Notes: a model not told the origin generated them from the sequence alone. Shown: positions 31,227 through 41,273, numbered from the stretch's first letter. The stretch is 64,000 bases of DNA from Lachnospiraceae bacterium (GCA_963661545.1 CAVLCU010000001.1:51-64050), one strand, 5' to 3'. Numbers and translations: made by a program.

Positions 31227-31796
31227 CTACAGGATTTCCCGCAATTTGCTGCTGAAATTTTGGCGAAGCCAGCTCTTAGCGCGGCAGTGCTTGACTCTTA
31301 GATTGCCATCCGAGATTCTCAGCTGCTGCGCTGTTTCCTTCAGGGAGAAGCCTCCTACATCCAGGTATAGGATGATTCGATACCACTCCGGATTCTTCTC
31401 CTGCAGTTCCCGGAAGACCCTGTGGCCGAACTCCCTTAGCTCCATCTGCCGATCCAATCCCTGGTTGGCAAGCTCCCACTCTATTTCCTTCCCATCACCG
31501 GCGCCGGACAAGATGCCCCGGGAGCTGTCTTCCGGAGGAATCATGCCCGTCATTGCCTCCTGGTCTGTCTGGCGCTTCCTTCTTCTTTGGTAGTCGATAG
31601 CCGTATTCTCTGTCACCACCTCCAGCCAGGCTTTCAGCCCCTCCTCCCTGATATGATCCATGCGCTGATGCAGCTTCAGGAAGACCTCATGGCAAATATC
31701 CTGGGCCAAATGATAATCGTGAATGATGCTATTTGCCACACAATGAACCAAATCCACATATTTGCGATAGATATTCTCAAACTCTGCTCTGTCCAT
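31227..31796 (-). CDS. ECF-type sigma-70 factor
   Basis: Region 2 (AQDICHEVFLKL...KAWL...NTAIDY) and region 4 HTH (SLKETAQQLRISDGNLRV..RAK). Confidence 0.85.
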   Translation of the reverse strand: MDRAEFENIYRKYVDLVHCVANSIIHDYHLAQDICHEVFLKLHQRMDHIREEGLKAWLEVVTENTAIDYQRRRKRQTDQEAMTGMIPPEDSSRGILSGAGDGKEIEWELANQGLDRQMELREFGHRVFRELQEKNPEWYRIILYLDVGGFSLKETAQQLRISDGNLRVKHCRAKSWLRQNFSSKLREIL

Positions 31797-31813
31797 ACAT
31801 CCCCCCTCTGGTG

Positions 31814-32224
31814 TCAGGACAGCTGCTGAGCTACTTTATCCAGGATCTCCTGCTTGGCCTCCTCCGTCAATTCTCCCGGCTTCCAGGTCACTCCCGCCTG
31901 ATCCCCTTGGTATCTGGGAATCAGATGCATATGGAAATGGAAAACCGTCTGACCGGCAGCCTCTCCATTGTTTTGTACCAGATTAAATCCGTCACAGGAA
32001 AGCGCCCGACTCATGGCAGTTGCCATCTTCTTCGCCAAAAGCATGGCCTTGGCTGCCAGTTCCTCCGGAATCTCATAGAGATTGGCATAATGCTGCTTGG
32101 GCAGGATCAACGCATGTCCCTTGGTAGCCGGACCAAGATCCAGAATCACTCGAAAATTCTCATCCTCATACAAAGTTGCCGATGGAATCTCCCCATTTGC
32201 TATGCTGCAAAAGATACAATCCAT
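31814..32224 (-). CDS. HIT family protein
   Basis: CIFC and HFHMH histidine triad. Confidence 0.95.
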   Translation of the reverse strand: MDCIFCSIANGEIPSATLYEDENFRVILDLGPATKGHALILPKQHYANLYEIPEELAAKAMLLAKKMATAMSRALSCDGFNLVQNNGEAAGQTVFHFHMHLIPRYQGDQAGVTWKPGELTEEAKQEILDKVAQQLS

Positions 32225-32265
32225 TCTTATACACCTCTCTTTCTACATTCGCTGCGGTGGCAGTA

Positions 32266-32916
32266 TCAGTCGCCATAAATCTGTGAGCCGCAGGCGATCC
32301 CTCTTCCCAGCCGTAACAGGAAGGTCAAACCTGCTCCTGCCAGAAATCCTCCCAAATGAGCCATGGCGTCTACCCCCGATGACTGAAATCCTACCATCAG
32401 TGACAGAACTGCCATGAGCAGGACCCGGGGCAGGCTGAGATCCTCCAACCGTCCCCTGTGGAGCAGGAGCAAAACCACGAGCCCTCCCAAAAGGGCGAAG
32501 ATGGCACCGGAAGCTCCGGCCGACACCACCTCTTGTCCCTTCCCAAGCTGGGTCCAATAGGAGAAAAGGCTGGCCAGAAAGCCACCCAGGAGATAGAGGA
32601 TCAGATATCGCACCTTTCCCAGGAAACGCTCCATATAATCCCCCAGGAAAAAAAGCAGAAGCATGTTGTTCAGCAGATGCTGCAGTCCAAAATGCAAAAA
32701 CATGCAGGTGAAGAGACGGTAATATTCCCCCTGCTGAATCAAGGGCGTATAAGCAGCCCCCCATCGGATCATATGTGCCGTATTCTCCGAGCCGCCGGTT
32801 AGCTCCAACAAAAAGAAAATCATAAGATTGGCTGCTACCAGCAGGTAATTCACTATGCTCTTCTGCGGGCGTTTTCTCATCCTGTCGATGATGTCTTCCT
32901 TGGGATCGTATTGCAT
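32266..32916 (-). CDS. Rhomboid intramembrane serine protease
   Basis: YYRLFT, HLLNNM, GASG and AHLGG. Start ATG 32916 after SD GGAGGAGG. Confidence 0.9.
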   Translation of the reverse strand: MQYDPKEDIIDRMRKRPQKSIVNYLLVAANLMIFFLLELTGGSENTAHMIRWGAAYTPLIQQGEYYRLFTCMFLHFGLQHLLNNMLLLFFLGDYMERFLGKVRYLILYLLGGFLASLFSYWTQLGKGQEVVSAGASGAIFALLGGLVVLLLLHRGRLEDLSLPRVLLMAVLSLMVGFQSSGVDAMAHLGGFLAGAGLTFLLRLGRGIACGSQIYGD

Positions 32917-32933
32917 GCTGCCTCCTCCTCTAG

Positions 32934-33139
32934 CTGGCTGCCGTACGGGGCTTGACCAGAAAGCCAGCTGCTCCGCACTTCGTGCTCTCGCAGCTGCCGC
33001 CTCTATTCGCATTCCGCCCTCCCGGGCTCCATGCTCATATCGGCTTGCCCGTCCGATATCCATGCTTCGGTGCATGTCCCTCACGGGACTAGCTTCGCGT
33101 CGCAAGCATGCCCCTCAGCCTGGCTGCCGTACGGGGCTT
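32934..33139. repeat. Hairpin-rich insert bounded by 20-bp direct repeats
   Basis: CTGGCTGCCGTACGGGGCTT at 32934-32953 and 33120-33139; several short internal palindromes. Confidence 0.75.
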
Positions 33140-33150
33140 TCTTTATTATA

Positions 33151-34488
33151 CTACCACTGGAAGGTGTACGTCAAATCAGCGAAGCGGATTTGGTCGCCGG
33201 GGTGGAGGGGGAATTGGTGACCGGCTTCCAGGGGGACTTGGTTGAGGTAGGTGCCATTTTTGGAATTGATATCCTGGAGGCAGTAGGTTTCCCCATTCCA
33301 GGTTAGGCGGGCGTGGATCCGGCTGACGGCAGGGGAGTGGAGCTGGATGTCTACGTAGGATCTCTGCTTGCCCAGGAGGTAACTGTGTTTGTCTAAGGAA
33401 ATGATTTCCCGGGCGGCGGGGGAGATGGCGGGGGAATCGGTGAGGGGGATCAGACGTGCTTTTTCCTTCCATCTTCCCGCCTCCTGGTTCAAGGCAGCCA
33501 GGCAGATCGTTTCCTCTTCCCTGTCTGGGTCTGTTCTCCTTTCTTCCTCCGGAAATTCTTTTGCGAATTCCTGGGGCCTTTCCCTGGGCACTTCCTTTTC
33601 CTCTTCTTCCCGGGACATAGAAAGATAGCGATCCATTGCTTCTTCCCCTTCTCTGGCCTCTCGGCGAGCCTTACCCAGGAGACTGAGCAGCAGCAGAAGA
33701 CCTGCAGCCCCAGCTGCGGCAAAGCAGGGAAGGCGCAGCTTCCCCTGCAGGCAGATTCCTGCAGGAATTCCTGCAAGCCCTGCCATAATTCCTGCATAAA
33801 ATAAAACCCTTCTGGGATTCCATTCCCCCTTTTCCCCAGGGGCTTCCGGCTCAAAGAAGGAATTCAAAACTTCCTGTCTCACCGCAGCCGCCTCTTTGTC
33901 CTCTCCAGGCGGCGCCTCCTCCGGCGGAACCTCCTGTCTGGAAAGACCTGCCCGATGAACCAACTCCGCCAAAAGCTCTGCCGTTACCGCCTCCTCTGTG
34001 CATTTTTGATAAAAGAGATATCCCAGCATCACGGCTTCTCTGTCTGTATGATCCAGCTTGGGAAGCAGATATTCACTCAGCTCCCTCAGCTGCTGCTGAA
34101 AGGTTTCTTCCTGCCCGGGATAGTAACAAAACCACAGCCGATGGTCTGCCAGGTCCAGATAGATCAGCTCCGGTTTCAATCGAAGACCATTCAGATCCAA
34201 GAGGTAATTTCTTATATTTTCCAAGGCCTCCAAGAGCTGGGTCAGGATCATTTGCAGCATTTCCCGGTCTACCTGCCGATGTTCCAGTAAAAGCTGCAGG
34301 GGCTGTCGAGAGGTGATCTCATAATAAAATAGGATGTTCTGATCCATCTGCTGGATCTTACAGGGCAGAAATCCTGCGATAGCATTGCCCAGGAGCATCC
34401 GTACCTGATAGGAGGCCGGGTCCGGCGTCTGTCCCCCGGAGAGGATCAGGTAATTGTGATAAATATCCCTTCTGTATTCGATTTTCAT
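33151..34488 (-). CDS. Tad-associated DUF6382-like + TM + FHA domain protein
   Basis: C-terminal FHA motifs (LGK..., SRIHA, SKNGT), two TM segments; last gene of the Tad locus. Confidence 0.8.
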   Translation of the reverse strand: MKIEYRRDIYHNYLILSGGQTPDPASYQVRMLLGNAIAGFLPCKIQQMDQNILFYYEITSRQPLQLLLEHRQVDREMLQMILTQLLEALENIRNYLLDLNGLRLKPELIYLDLADHRLWFCYYPGQEETFQQQLRELSEYLLPKLDHTDREAVMLGYLFYQKCTEEAVTAELLAELVHRAGLSRQEVPPEEAPPGEDKEAAAVRQEVLNSFFEPEAPGEKGEWNPRRVLFYAGIMAGLAGIPAGICLQGKLRLPCFAAAGAAGLLLLLSLLGKARREAREGEEAMDRYLSMSREEEEKEVPRERPQEFAKEFPEEERRTDPDREEETICLAALNQEAGRWKEKARLIPLTDSPAISPAAREIISLDKHSYLLGKQRSYVDIQLHSPAVSRIHARLTWNGETYCLQDINSKNGTYLNQVPLEAGHQFPLHPGDQIRFADLTYTFQW

Positions 34489-34511
34489 AAGATCTTACCT
34501 CCCTTGTTCCC

Positions 34512-34919
34512 CTAGGTTCCGCTTCCTGTCAATCCTTGCAAAGCCCAAAGCCCACGCAGTGCCTCCACCGGCCGAACCTTATCTGCCTGGGCCTTCACCT
34601 CCAACTTCCAGAGAGGATAATCCGCCCCATAGACGACCTGACAGCCGGAGGCAGTCAAAGTGACGGATATACTGGGGCGGTTACCGGGCATAACCTGCTC
34701 GTCTGCCCGTTTGCCGGCCTTCTCCTCCACAAGCTCCTCTGCCTTCTCTCCCCATGGGATTCTCCCATTTCCCAGCAATACCGCTTCATAGGCTCCTGCG
34801 GTATACCAGACCCTGTTATGGACATAAAAAGTACCTAACAGCAATAAAGCCGTCAGCAAAATGGCGATGGGCAGAAGAATTGCCGCCTCCGGCATATAAC
34901 TTCCCTTCTTCCAATGCAT
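34512..34919 (-). CDS. TadE-like minor pilin
   Basis: KKG|SYMPEAAILLP prepilin motif followed by a hydrophobic helix. Confidence 0.75.
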   Translation of the reverse strand: MHWKKGSYMPEAAILLPIAILLTALLLLGTFYVHNRVWYTAGAYEAVLLGNGRIPWGEKAEELVEEKAGKRADEQVMPGNRPSISVTLTASGCQVVYGADYPLWKLEVKAQADKVRPVEALRGLWALQGLTGSGT

Positions 34920-34956
34920 GTCTTTCCTCCTAAACAGGCCTTTGTGGAACAGGCCT

Positions 34957-35376
34957 TTATAGATGCCGGAACTCTCTCAGAATAAAAGCTCCCCATAAAA
35001 AGGGAACAAAGGGGAGCTCCTTCTTCCTCCGGCGGGTCAGCCAAAGGAGAACACAGGCTCCAAAGGCCAGCCAAAGAGCCTCCACCAGAATCTGAAGGAT
35101 GGGGAAGAAACCCAGCCAGATTCCTCCCGTCCAGACCACCCATCCGTCTCCCAATCCGATCTTTCCCTGGGTCGCCCTGCTCAGACAGAGCAAAAGGAGG
35201 CCGGGAAGCATGAAAAAGAAGAGATTCCACAGGGAACTTTCCTTCCACAAAAGCTGCCACAGAGCTCCCGCCAGACCGGTAAGAAGGGTGAACCAGGGAA
35301 GGATTTCTTGTTTTCGCAGGTCCGTGACACTATTGACTGCCAAAACCAGCAGGGTAACCCCTTCCCCCAGGCTCAT
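34957..35376 (-). CDS. A24-family prepilin peptidase (TadV-like)
   Basis: TDLRKQEI, IGLGD and ELPFVPFL. ATGA coupling to the upstream TadE-like gene. Confidence 0.8.
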   Translation of the reverse strand: MSLGEGVTLLVLAVNSVTDLRKQEILPWFTLLTGLAGALWQLLWKESSLWNLFFFMLPGLLLLCLSRATQGKIGLGDGWVVWTGGIWLGFFPILQILVEALWLAFGACVLLWLTRRRKKELPFVPFLWGAFILREFRHL

Positions 35377-36191
35377 GATGCGGCCTCCAAAGCCTGGCAG
35401 CGGCTGCAGCAGGACAAGCCCTCCAGCTCTGACTCCTCCTTGAGAACCACGCTCCGCTTCAAGCCGCTGCACTCCAGGGAATTATGGTAGCGGTCCCCCT
35501 GTTCCGTGATATAGAGGAGGCTCTTTTTTCCCTCCTTCCCCACGCACTTCTCACAGGCCTTATAACGTTTTCCCCCTGCATTTCTTCTGCTGCCCACCAG
35601 GCTGGCGGATACCTGCTGAATGCTTAGAGACAGATGGCTGCACCGGGAGGTGGTATGATAGACACTCTCCCATTCTGTCACATAAACCATGCGGCGGTTC
35701 GAGGAAGTGGAATCCGCAATCTCCTCCCCTGTTCTTCCCCTCCAGGGACGTACCCTGGCCTTGACCGCAATCCGGATGCCCGGAAAGGGAAAGGGCAGCC
35801 ACAGGGGATGGTAGGTTTCCGTGGAAGTTTTCTCCACCATGGCTTCCCCGAATCGGTCAGAGCTGATGCCGGCGGCAGCGGCTCCATACATTCCCATCTT
35901 TTCCGCCTGCACCTGCACCTCCACCATATTCTTCACATAGATCCCATAGACATCCATAAGGCCGATGAGACTGATGAACATCAGGAAAAAGAGGGGAATG
36001 ACCCATGCAGCCTCCGGCGTCAGACTGGCCTTTGAGATTTTGAAGGTGCACAAGGCTGCCCTTTTATCGGACCAATGCCTGCTTCTTTCGGGAAAAAGAA
36101 GGTCTGTTCTGTTCTGCGCAGTATCCGGAAGAGAGTATATTTCACTCCTGTTATTAGAAATCTTTGTTTTCCTTGTCAGATAAAAGGACAC
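35373..36191 (-). CDS. TadE-like minor pilin with Cys-rich C-terminal domain
   Basis: KA|SLTPEAAWVIPLF; VYVT..VYH...CSHL, CEKC, YHNSLEC, CCSRC. Confidence 0.75.
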   Translation of the reverse strand: MSFYLTRKTKISNNRSEIYSLPDTAQNRTDLLFPERSRHWSDKRAALCTFKISKASLTPEAAWVIPLFFLMFISLIGLMDVYGIYVKNMVEVQVQAEKMGMYGAAAAGISSDRFGEAMVEKTSTETYHPLWLPFPFPGIRIAVKARVRPWRGRTGEEIADSTSSNRRMVYVTEWESVYHTTSRCSHLSLSIQQVSASLVGSRRNAGGKRYKACEKCVGKEGKKSLLYITEQGDRYHNSLECSGLKRSVVLKEESELEGLSCCSRCQALEAAS

Positions 36192-36236
36192 CCTTATGCA
36201 CCTCCCTTATTGTTTGGAACTTCCCGAACCCAAAGG

Positions 36237-37685
36237 TCATTTCATGTCATATCCATAGCTTCTGCTGATAGAAAAGCTGGTTTTTTCTATCTCGGCTGTC
36301 AGGCAAAGCTCTGCTGCGTCCACGCAGGAATCCAGGCAAAACCAGGACTGCCCCTCCCGGATTCTCATATCATATTCCACCAATTCCATGGCCGACTGAG
36401 CCAATGCATCCTCTCCCTTACCAAAGAGCAAAATGCGCAGATACCATGGATAATCCAGCCCATCGCCGGAGGGACCTTCCGAATCCATCACCTCTCTTAC
36501 CTGGGCCAGACTGTTCAGGGACAGCTGCCAGGAGGCATCGTCTTTAAATAAGGGAATCTTACCCCCCTCTAAGAGTTTCCGCAGATCCAGCAGACTTTCG
36601 CCGAATGCCCAGCAGCCCTTCAGGATCAGGGAAATCAGCTGAGCAGCTTCCGGAATCAGCAGGAAGCTGCTGATGGTCAAGGCCATGGCATCTGCCTGGG
36701 CAGACTTGGTGGGGCTGGTATAGAGATAGGCAAAATTCAATGCCTCCCGCAGGAGGAGCAGCTGGTTCAGCACACTCTTCAGGTTCTCCAGGTCACTGCT
36801 TTTCCCGCCCAGAGCATATTCCACCTGATAACGAAGACCCTCTGCTTCTTCCTGGCTGGTATAACAGGGGAATACTTCCACCAGGTATTCCAGGAGAAGC
36901 AATTTACTCTGGGCTGTGCTGTTGGCCTTTGGCAGCAGCCCCATGCCCTGCTGCAGCTGTCTCTCATGAAGTCTTTTTTCTCCGCTGTCCAGGACAGCTG
37001 TAGACAGACCGGCAGGATCCGGAATGACCAGGCTAAGAATACCCAGACTCCGCAGCTGCTGGATCACCCCAATAGGATTCACAAAATCAGCCGGCACCTC
37101 CGCAGGGGTCTGATCTTCTGCCTGGCCATTATCCTGTGACTCCCCGGCAGCCGCCGCCAGCTCCTTTTGCCGCTCATATTCCTCCTGCAGACTCTCCAGA
37201 TCCTGGGCTTCGTATTGGGTCACCTGACTTTGGGCGCTTTCCCCTCTTTCCTGCAGCTGCTGGCTGAGCCATTGAAGCCCGGATATACCCAGCCGCTTTT
37301 CCATAGTCTGACACACTTGTCTGCGAAAGGCTGCCCCCTGGTTGTCTGTCGCCAGCACATACCCTGTCATGGTTTTTTCCTGCAGGCTAAGTCCAAGGAG
37401 TCCCTCCGGATCCACAACCTCCTGGGCAATCTCATAGACCTCCCGGCACATTTCCTCTGGCTTTAGGTTCTTGCTCCCATATCCTCCTTCCAGAAAAAGC
37501 AGGCCGAAGCTGTCATAGAGCTCCCGATCATATCCGGCGAACAGGGAATATAGGCCCTGCTCCATGCCGCAAGCCAAAGCTGTTCTCCCTGCTGCCAGAC
37601 GGGCGGAATGAAGACCCGTTATCACCAGGGACAAGACTACAGACATGACCAGGCAAAGGTATAAGGTCATACTTCCCTGTCTCAT
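36237..37685 (-). CDS. DUF5702-like TadG/pseudopilin-type protein
   Basis: RQG|SMTLYLCL prepilin-like N-terminus after SD GGAGG; YQVEYALGGKSSD and GLDYPWYLRILL. Alternative start 37760. Confidence 0.7.
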   Translation of the reverse strand: MRQGSMTLYLCLVMSVVLSLVITGLHSARLAAGRTALACGMEQGLYSLFAGYDRELYDSFGLLFLEGGYGSKNLKPEEMCREVYEIAQEVVDPEGLLGLSLQEKTMTGYVLATDNQGAAFRRQVCQTMEKRLGISGLQWLSQQLQERGESAQSQVTQYEAQDLESLQEEYERQKELAAAAGESQDNGQAEDQTPAEVPADFVNPIGVIQQLRSLGILSLVIPDPAGLSTAVLDSGEKRLHERQLQQGMGLLPKANSTAQSKLLLLEYLVEVFPCYTSQEEAEGLRYQVEYALGGKSSDLENLKSVLNQLLLLREALNFAYLYTSPTKSAQADAMALTISSFLLIPEAAQLISLILKGCWAFGESLLDLRKLLEGGKIPLFKDDASWQLSLNSLAQVREVMDSEGPSGDGLDYPWYLRILLFGKGEDALAQSAMELVEYDMRIREGQSWFCLDSCVDAAELCLTAEIEKTSFSISRSYGYDMK

Positions 37686-37759
37686 AGATGCCCTCCTCCC
37701 CGGGGCTGCAGCCCTGGTAACAGCTGGAGCCCCTGTAACCGTTTCACCTCTTTGTCCCA

Positions 37760-37927
37760 TCAAATACTATTGCTCTGGTTCGTGATCTTGGACAGGATGT
37801 TCTTGACCAGGCTGGTAATCTGCTTTTTGAATAGCACAGCCAGCGTAACGCCGATCAGAACCAAAAGCACGATTTCCACCACAGCCACTGCATCCTCTTC
37901 CATCAAAAATGCTTTGATTTCCCTCAT
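37760..37927 (-). CDS. Flp1-family type IVb major pilin (55 aa; absent from the ORF track)
   Basis: SD AAAGGAGG, then MREIKAFLMEEDA|VAVVEIVLLVLIGVTLAVLFKKQITSLVKNILSKITNQSNSI-TGA with Glu at +5. Confidence 0.88.
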   Translation of the reverse strand: MREIKAFLMEEDAVAVVEIVLLVLIGVTLAVLFKKQITSLVKNILSKITNQSNSI

Positions 37928-37975
37928 CTCCCTCACCTCCTTTCACGGGGCATGCCTGCTCACGGTGCTTTCTTC

Positions 37976-39250
37976 TCACAGGGTGCCTCCCAGGGATAAA
38001 AGAGCCGGTGCCATGACCAGGATCAGCACCACCACCAACATCATGCTCATGGGAACCATTAATTTGACTGCTGCCTTGTCTCCTGCGGCCCTGGCATTTC
38101 TCTTTCTGGCCGCAAAGGCAGCCTGGGCCTCCTGGCCCAGAAGTTCCGCCAGCCCCTTTCCCCCTTTGCTCAGATTCTGAATCAGGAGAACCGAAAGATT
38201 CTTGTAGGAGGCCAGGCCGACTCGGTTTCCCAGGCGCTCATAGGCCTCCTGCTCTGGGATCCCCCTCTCCATGTCATACCAGGTACGGGCAGCCTCCTCA
38301 TAAATCCACCTTTTTTTGGATCTTTTCCTTCTCCCTTGTTCTGCCCGGTAGGCCAAAGTCAGGCGCTCAAAGATCTTCCGCATGGTCAAACCGGCACTCA
38401 GGAACATCTGCATCTTGCCCACCAGCTCCGGATATTCCCTCTGCATCTCCTCCTGCCTTTTTTGCTTCTCCTGCTCCTTCCTGCGATCTCCGGCCATCAC
38501 ATACAAGCCCCCCAGGAAGACAGAAGCCAGGGAAAGCAGAAGTCCGGTCCCCTCGGGTTTGCGGCTCCATTGTATCTTCTGACCCTTCCACTCCTCCGGC
38601 AGCTGATAGCTGTCATCGGCATTCTCCTGATTGAGCTCCTTCAAGGCCTCCCTCAGCTGATTTTCCAGGCTTTGGGAGGCAGCCCTGGGATAAACTACAA
38701 TCCTTCGCTGATAGTCCAGGGTCTGATCCTGCAGGGTCAGAAGAGCCTCCAGCAAAACCTCTGTTCCGGATTCCTCCGCTGCCTCTCCCACTGCCCCTTC
38801 CCAGTCCAATACCTCCGGCCGGTCGCTGTTCCATTCCACCGTAATGGGAGAATCTGCAAAGGAGGTGGGCAGATTCAGGTTCCGGTCTACATGGGTCAGA
38901 GACTTGTTCTCCCCCAGAATCAGCTGATCCAGCTCCTCCCTCTTGTCCTGGAGCAGCTTCCTGGCCGTCTCCTGGTCATATTGGACTTCCGGCACCTCCA
39001 CGACAAGATCCGCCCTTTGTCCATCCTCGGTCTCAGCCTGCAGCTCCACTTGGCGGCTGCCCTCTCCATAGGCCTGTTTTTGCAGCCGGGTCAACTGGTG
39101 ACGGGAGTCCTGTGCCTCCTCCCCTATGGTCCATAGCAGACCCAGGAGGCCTCCGGCAAGAACCAGGATAAAAATCTTTTTTTCCACCCTTCTTCTGCGA
39201 AAGAGAACCAGGGAAGCCACCAAAAAGACGGCCGGTATCACCACGACCAT
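37976..39250 (-). CDS. TadC-like type II secretion system F-family protein
   Basis: YPELVGKM..LSAGLT, EQEAYERLGNR and KLMVPM TM pattern. Confidence 0.82.
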   Translation of the reverse strand: MVVVIPAVFLVASLVLFRRRRVEKKIFILVLAGGLLGLLWTIGEEAQDSRHQLTRLQKQAYGEGSRQVELQAETEDGQRADLVVEVPEVQYDQETARKLLQDKREELDQLILGENKSLTHVDRNLNLPTSFADSPITVEWNSDRPEVLDWEGAVGEAAEESGTEVLLEALLTLQDQTLDYQRRIVVYPRAASQSLENQLREALKELNQENADDSYQLPEEWKGQKIQWSRKPEGTGLLLSLASVFLGGLYVMAGDRRKEQEKQKRQEEMQREYPELVGKMQMFLSAGLTMRKIFERLTLAYRAEQGRRKRSKKRWIYEEAARTWYDMERGIPEQEAYERLGNRVGLASYKNLSVLLIQNLSKGGKGLAELLGQEAQAAFAARKRNARAAGDKAAVKLMVPMSMMLVVVLILVMAPALLSLGGTL

Positions 39251-39253
39251 ATC

Positions 39254-40072
39254 CTACACCTCGATTCTGACCAGCCTGCGTCCCAGGACGAAGGCTCCTG
39301 TGTAAATAGCCAGACAGACCGTCATGAGAAGAATGCCCAGGGCATTTCCATACAGTCTCTCCATAAAACCGGAAAAGGTAAACCGCAGATATAGGATAAT
39401 ACCCGCCGGCATCAGACTCATAAAGTTCTGTTCGTACCTCTTGGAAGCAATCACCGTATCGATTTCCTGCTTGGTATCAATTTTTTCACAGAGGGTCTTC
39501 CAGGTATCCTGCAAAACTGCGGAGAGATTGCCCCCGGTTCGTTTGGCCACCTGCAGCATTTCACCAAAATTCTGAATGTCCTCAATGCCGCTTCTGCGGC
39601 CCAGCTCCAGGAAGAGACTCTCCACAGGAATCTGCAGTCCCATCCGCCGGATCATCTCCGTCAGCTCCTGAACCAGAATATCCTCCCGCCCATATAGCTT
39701 TTCCAGATCCTTTCTGGCACTGCGAAGGGCATTTTCCACCGAATATCCAGCCCGCAGACCCATCTGCAGAGAGGAAAGAAATTCCTTAAAGTGATAATGA
39801 AGCAGGCGTCTTTTTTCCTCCAGAAGGGTCTTCCTGCGTTCTCTCACAAAAAAGAAGGCAATCACCGCCGCCAAAGGCCAGCCCCAAAGGGTATGATAGC
39901 AAATCCATACCACAAAGCAGCCCACTGCCGCCCCCTCCGACAGGTAGAGAAGCCATTGACCCGGAGTAAAGGAATAGACATCATACTGGAGACTGCTGCC
40001 CTTTGCCCTGGCTGCCCCTGGATTGCCTTCCCTTTCACCCTTGCTCTTTTTCCTTCTTTTCCTTTCTTCCAT
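39254..40072 (-). CDS. TadB-like type II secretion system F-family protein
   Basis: LRAGYSVENA, AKRTGGNL and C-terminal TM segments. Start estimated. Confidence 0.82.
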   Translation of the reverse strand: MEERKRRKKSKGEREGNPGAARAKGSSLQYDVYSFTPGQWLLYLSEGAAVGCFVVWICYHTLWGWPLAAVIAFFFVRERRKTLLEEKRRLLHYHFKEFLSSLQMGLRAGYSVENALRSARKDLEKLYGREDILVQELTEMIRRMGLQIPVESLFLELGRRSGIEDIQNFGEMLQVAKRTGGNLSAVLQDTWKTLCEKIDTKQEIDTVIASKRYEQNFMSLMPAGIILYLRFTFSGFMERLYGNALGILLMTVCLAIYTGAFVLGRRLVRIEV

Positions 40073-41273
40073 AGTATCTCTCCAGCTTCTCCCTCCTGCG
40101 CAGAGGATTTCGACAGACCAATCGGCCCCTTTCATCCCGGCTGTAGAGGGTCTGAATCTCCACCTCTTCCCCCTGCATACCGGTAATCTCCCCAATCTCC
40201 TCCACCATCCGTTTTCCCTTCTTGTCTCGTGTCAAATGCACTAAGATCTCCACACCGGAGGCAATCTGACGGCGAATGACAGGAACCGGAAGGTCTATTC
40301 CCATCCGAACCATCATTTCCAGCCGACCGATCATATCTCTCACACTGTTGGCATGGGCACTGCCCAGGCTGCCGCTGTGTCCCGTATTCAGACAGGCCAG
40401 GAAGTCCTCTGCCTCTGCGGACCGAACCTCCCCGATAATGATACGGGAGGGCCGCATCCGCAGGGCTGTCTTGATCAGATCACGGATGCTAATCTCATGA
40501 CTTTCCTCCAGATTGGCTGCCTTGGCCTCCAGACGCACCAGATTCTCAATCCCCTGAATCTGCAGCTCCGCATTATCCTCTATGGTAACCACCCGCTCCC
40601 GGGAGGGAATAGAATTGGACAGGGCATTCAAGAAGGTGGTCTTGCCGGTGGAGGTCCCACCTCCCACCAAAATCGTATAAGAAGCCTCTACCAGCTCCTG
40701 GAGGAATTGGGCAGCCTGGGGAGGAAGACTTCCCAGGCTCACCAGCCTGTCCATGGTAATGGCCTCCTTGGGAAACTTGCGAATGGTCAGCACCGGTCCG
40801 TCCAGGGCCACCGGCGGCATCACAATATTCACCCGAGATCCGTCCTCCAGGCGGGCATCTGCGATGGGCCGCTGTTCATTCACCACCCGATTGCACTTCC
40901 CGGCAATCTGCTGGATCACGTCCCGGAGGCGGTCCTCCGACCGAAAGGACTTGCCCCATTTCGTCAGGCAGCCCTCCCTCTCTATGAAAATATCCCGATA
41001 ACCATTGACCATGATCTCCGTGATACTGTCATCCTCCACCAGCTCCTGGAGGATATCCAGCTTCCGCACGGAATAGAAGAGCATTTTGCGCAATTCCTCC
41101 TTCTCCCGCAGGGTCAGGAGGAACTCCCTGCCCTTGGCCGGAACCAGATCATCGATCTCCTCCAGGATCTCCTCATCCCTCAGTTCTCCCCGTCCCTCTA
41201 ACCGAAGAAGGAGGTCCTCCCTGATAGGATCAAAGTAACCCCCCAGGCAGGGGCTTTCAAAGCAAGCATTCAT
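40035..41273 (-). CDS. cpaF: CpaF/TadA pilus assembly ATPase
   Basis: GGTSTGKTT, TIEDNAEL, ALRMRPSRIIIGEVR and NTGHSGS. Confidence 0.93.
   Translation of the reverse strand: MNACFESPCLGGYFDPIREDLLLRLEGRGELRDEEILEEIDDLVPAKGREFLLTLREKEELRKMLFYSVRKLDILQELVEDDSITEIMVNGYRDIFIEREGCLTKWGKSFRSEDRLRDVIQQIAGKCNRVVNEQRPIADARLEDGSRVNIVMPPVALDGPVLTIRKFPKEAITMDRLVSLGSLPPQAAQFLQELVEASYTILVGGGTSTGKTTFLNALSNSIPSRERVVTIEDNAELQIQGIENLVRLEAKAANLEESHEISIRDLIKTALRMRPSRIIIGEVRSAEAEDFLACLNTGHSGSLGSAHANSVRDMIGRLEMMVRMGIDLPVPVIRRQIASGVEILVHLTRDKKGKRMVEEIGEITGMQGEEVEIQTLYSRDERGRLVCRNPLRRREKLERYYGRKEKKEKEQG

Noticed and set aside
32917..33105. N-terminal extension of the rhomboid
   Set aside because: It runs through the hairpin-rich repeat insert; a strong SD precedes ATG 32916.
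37767..37979. 70-aa ORF from the track
   Set aside because: Wrong frame; the SD-supported Flp pilin (37760-37927) occupies this space.
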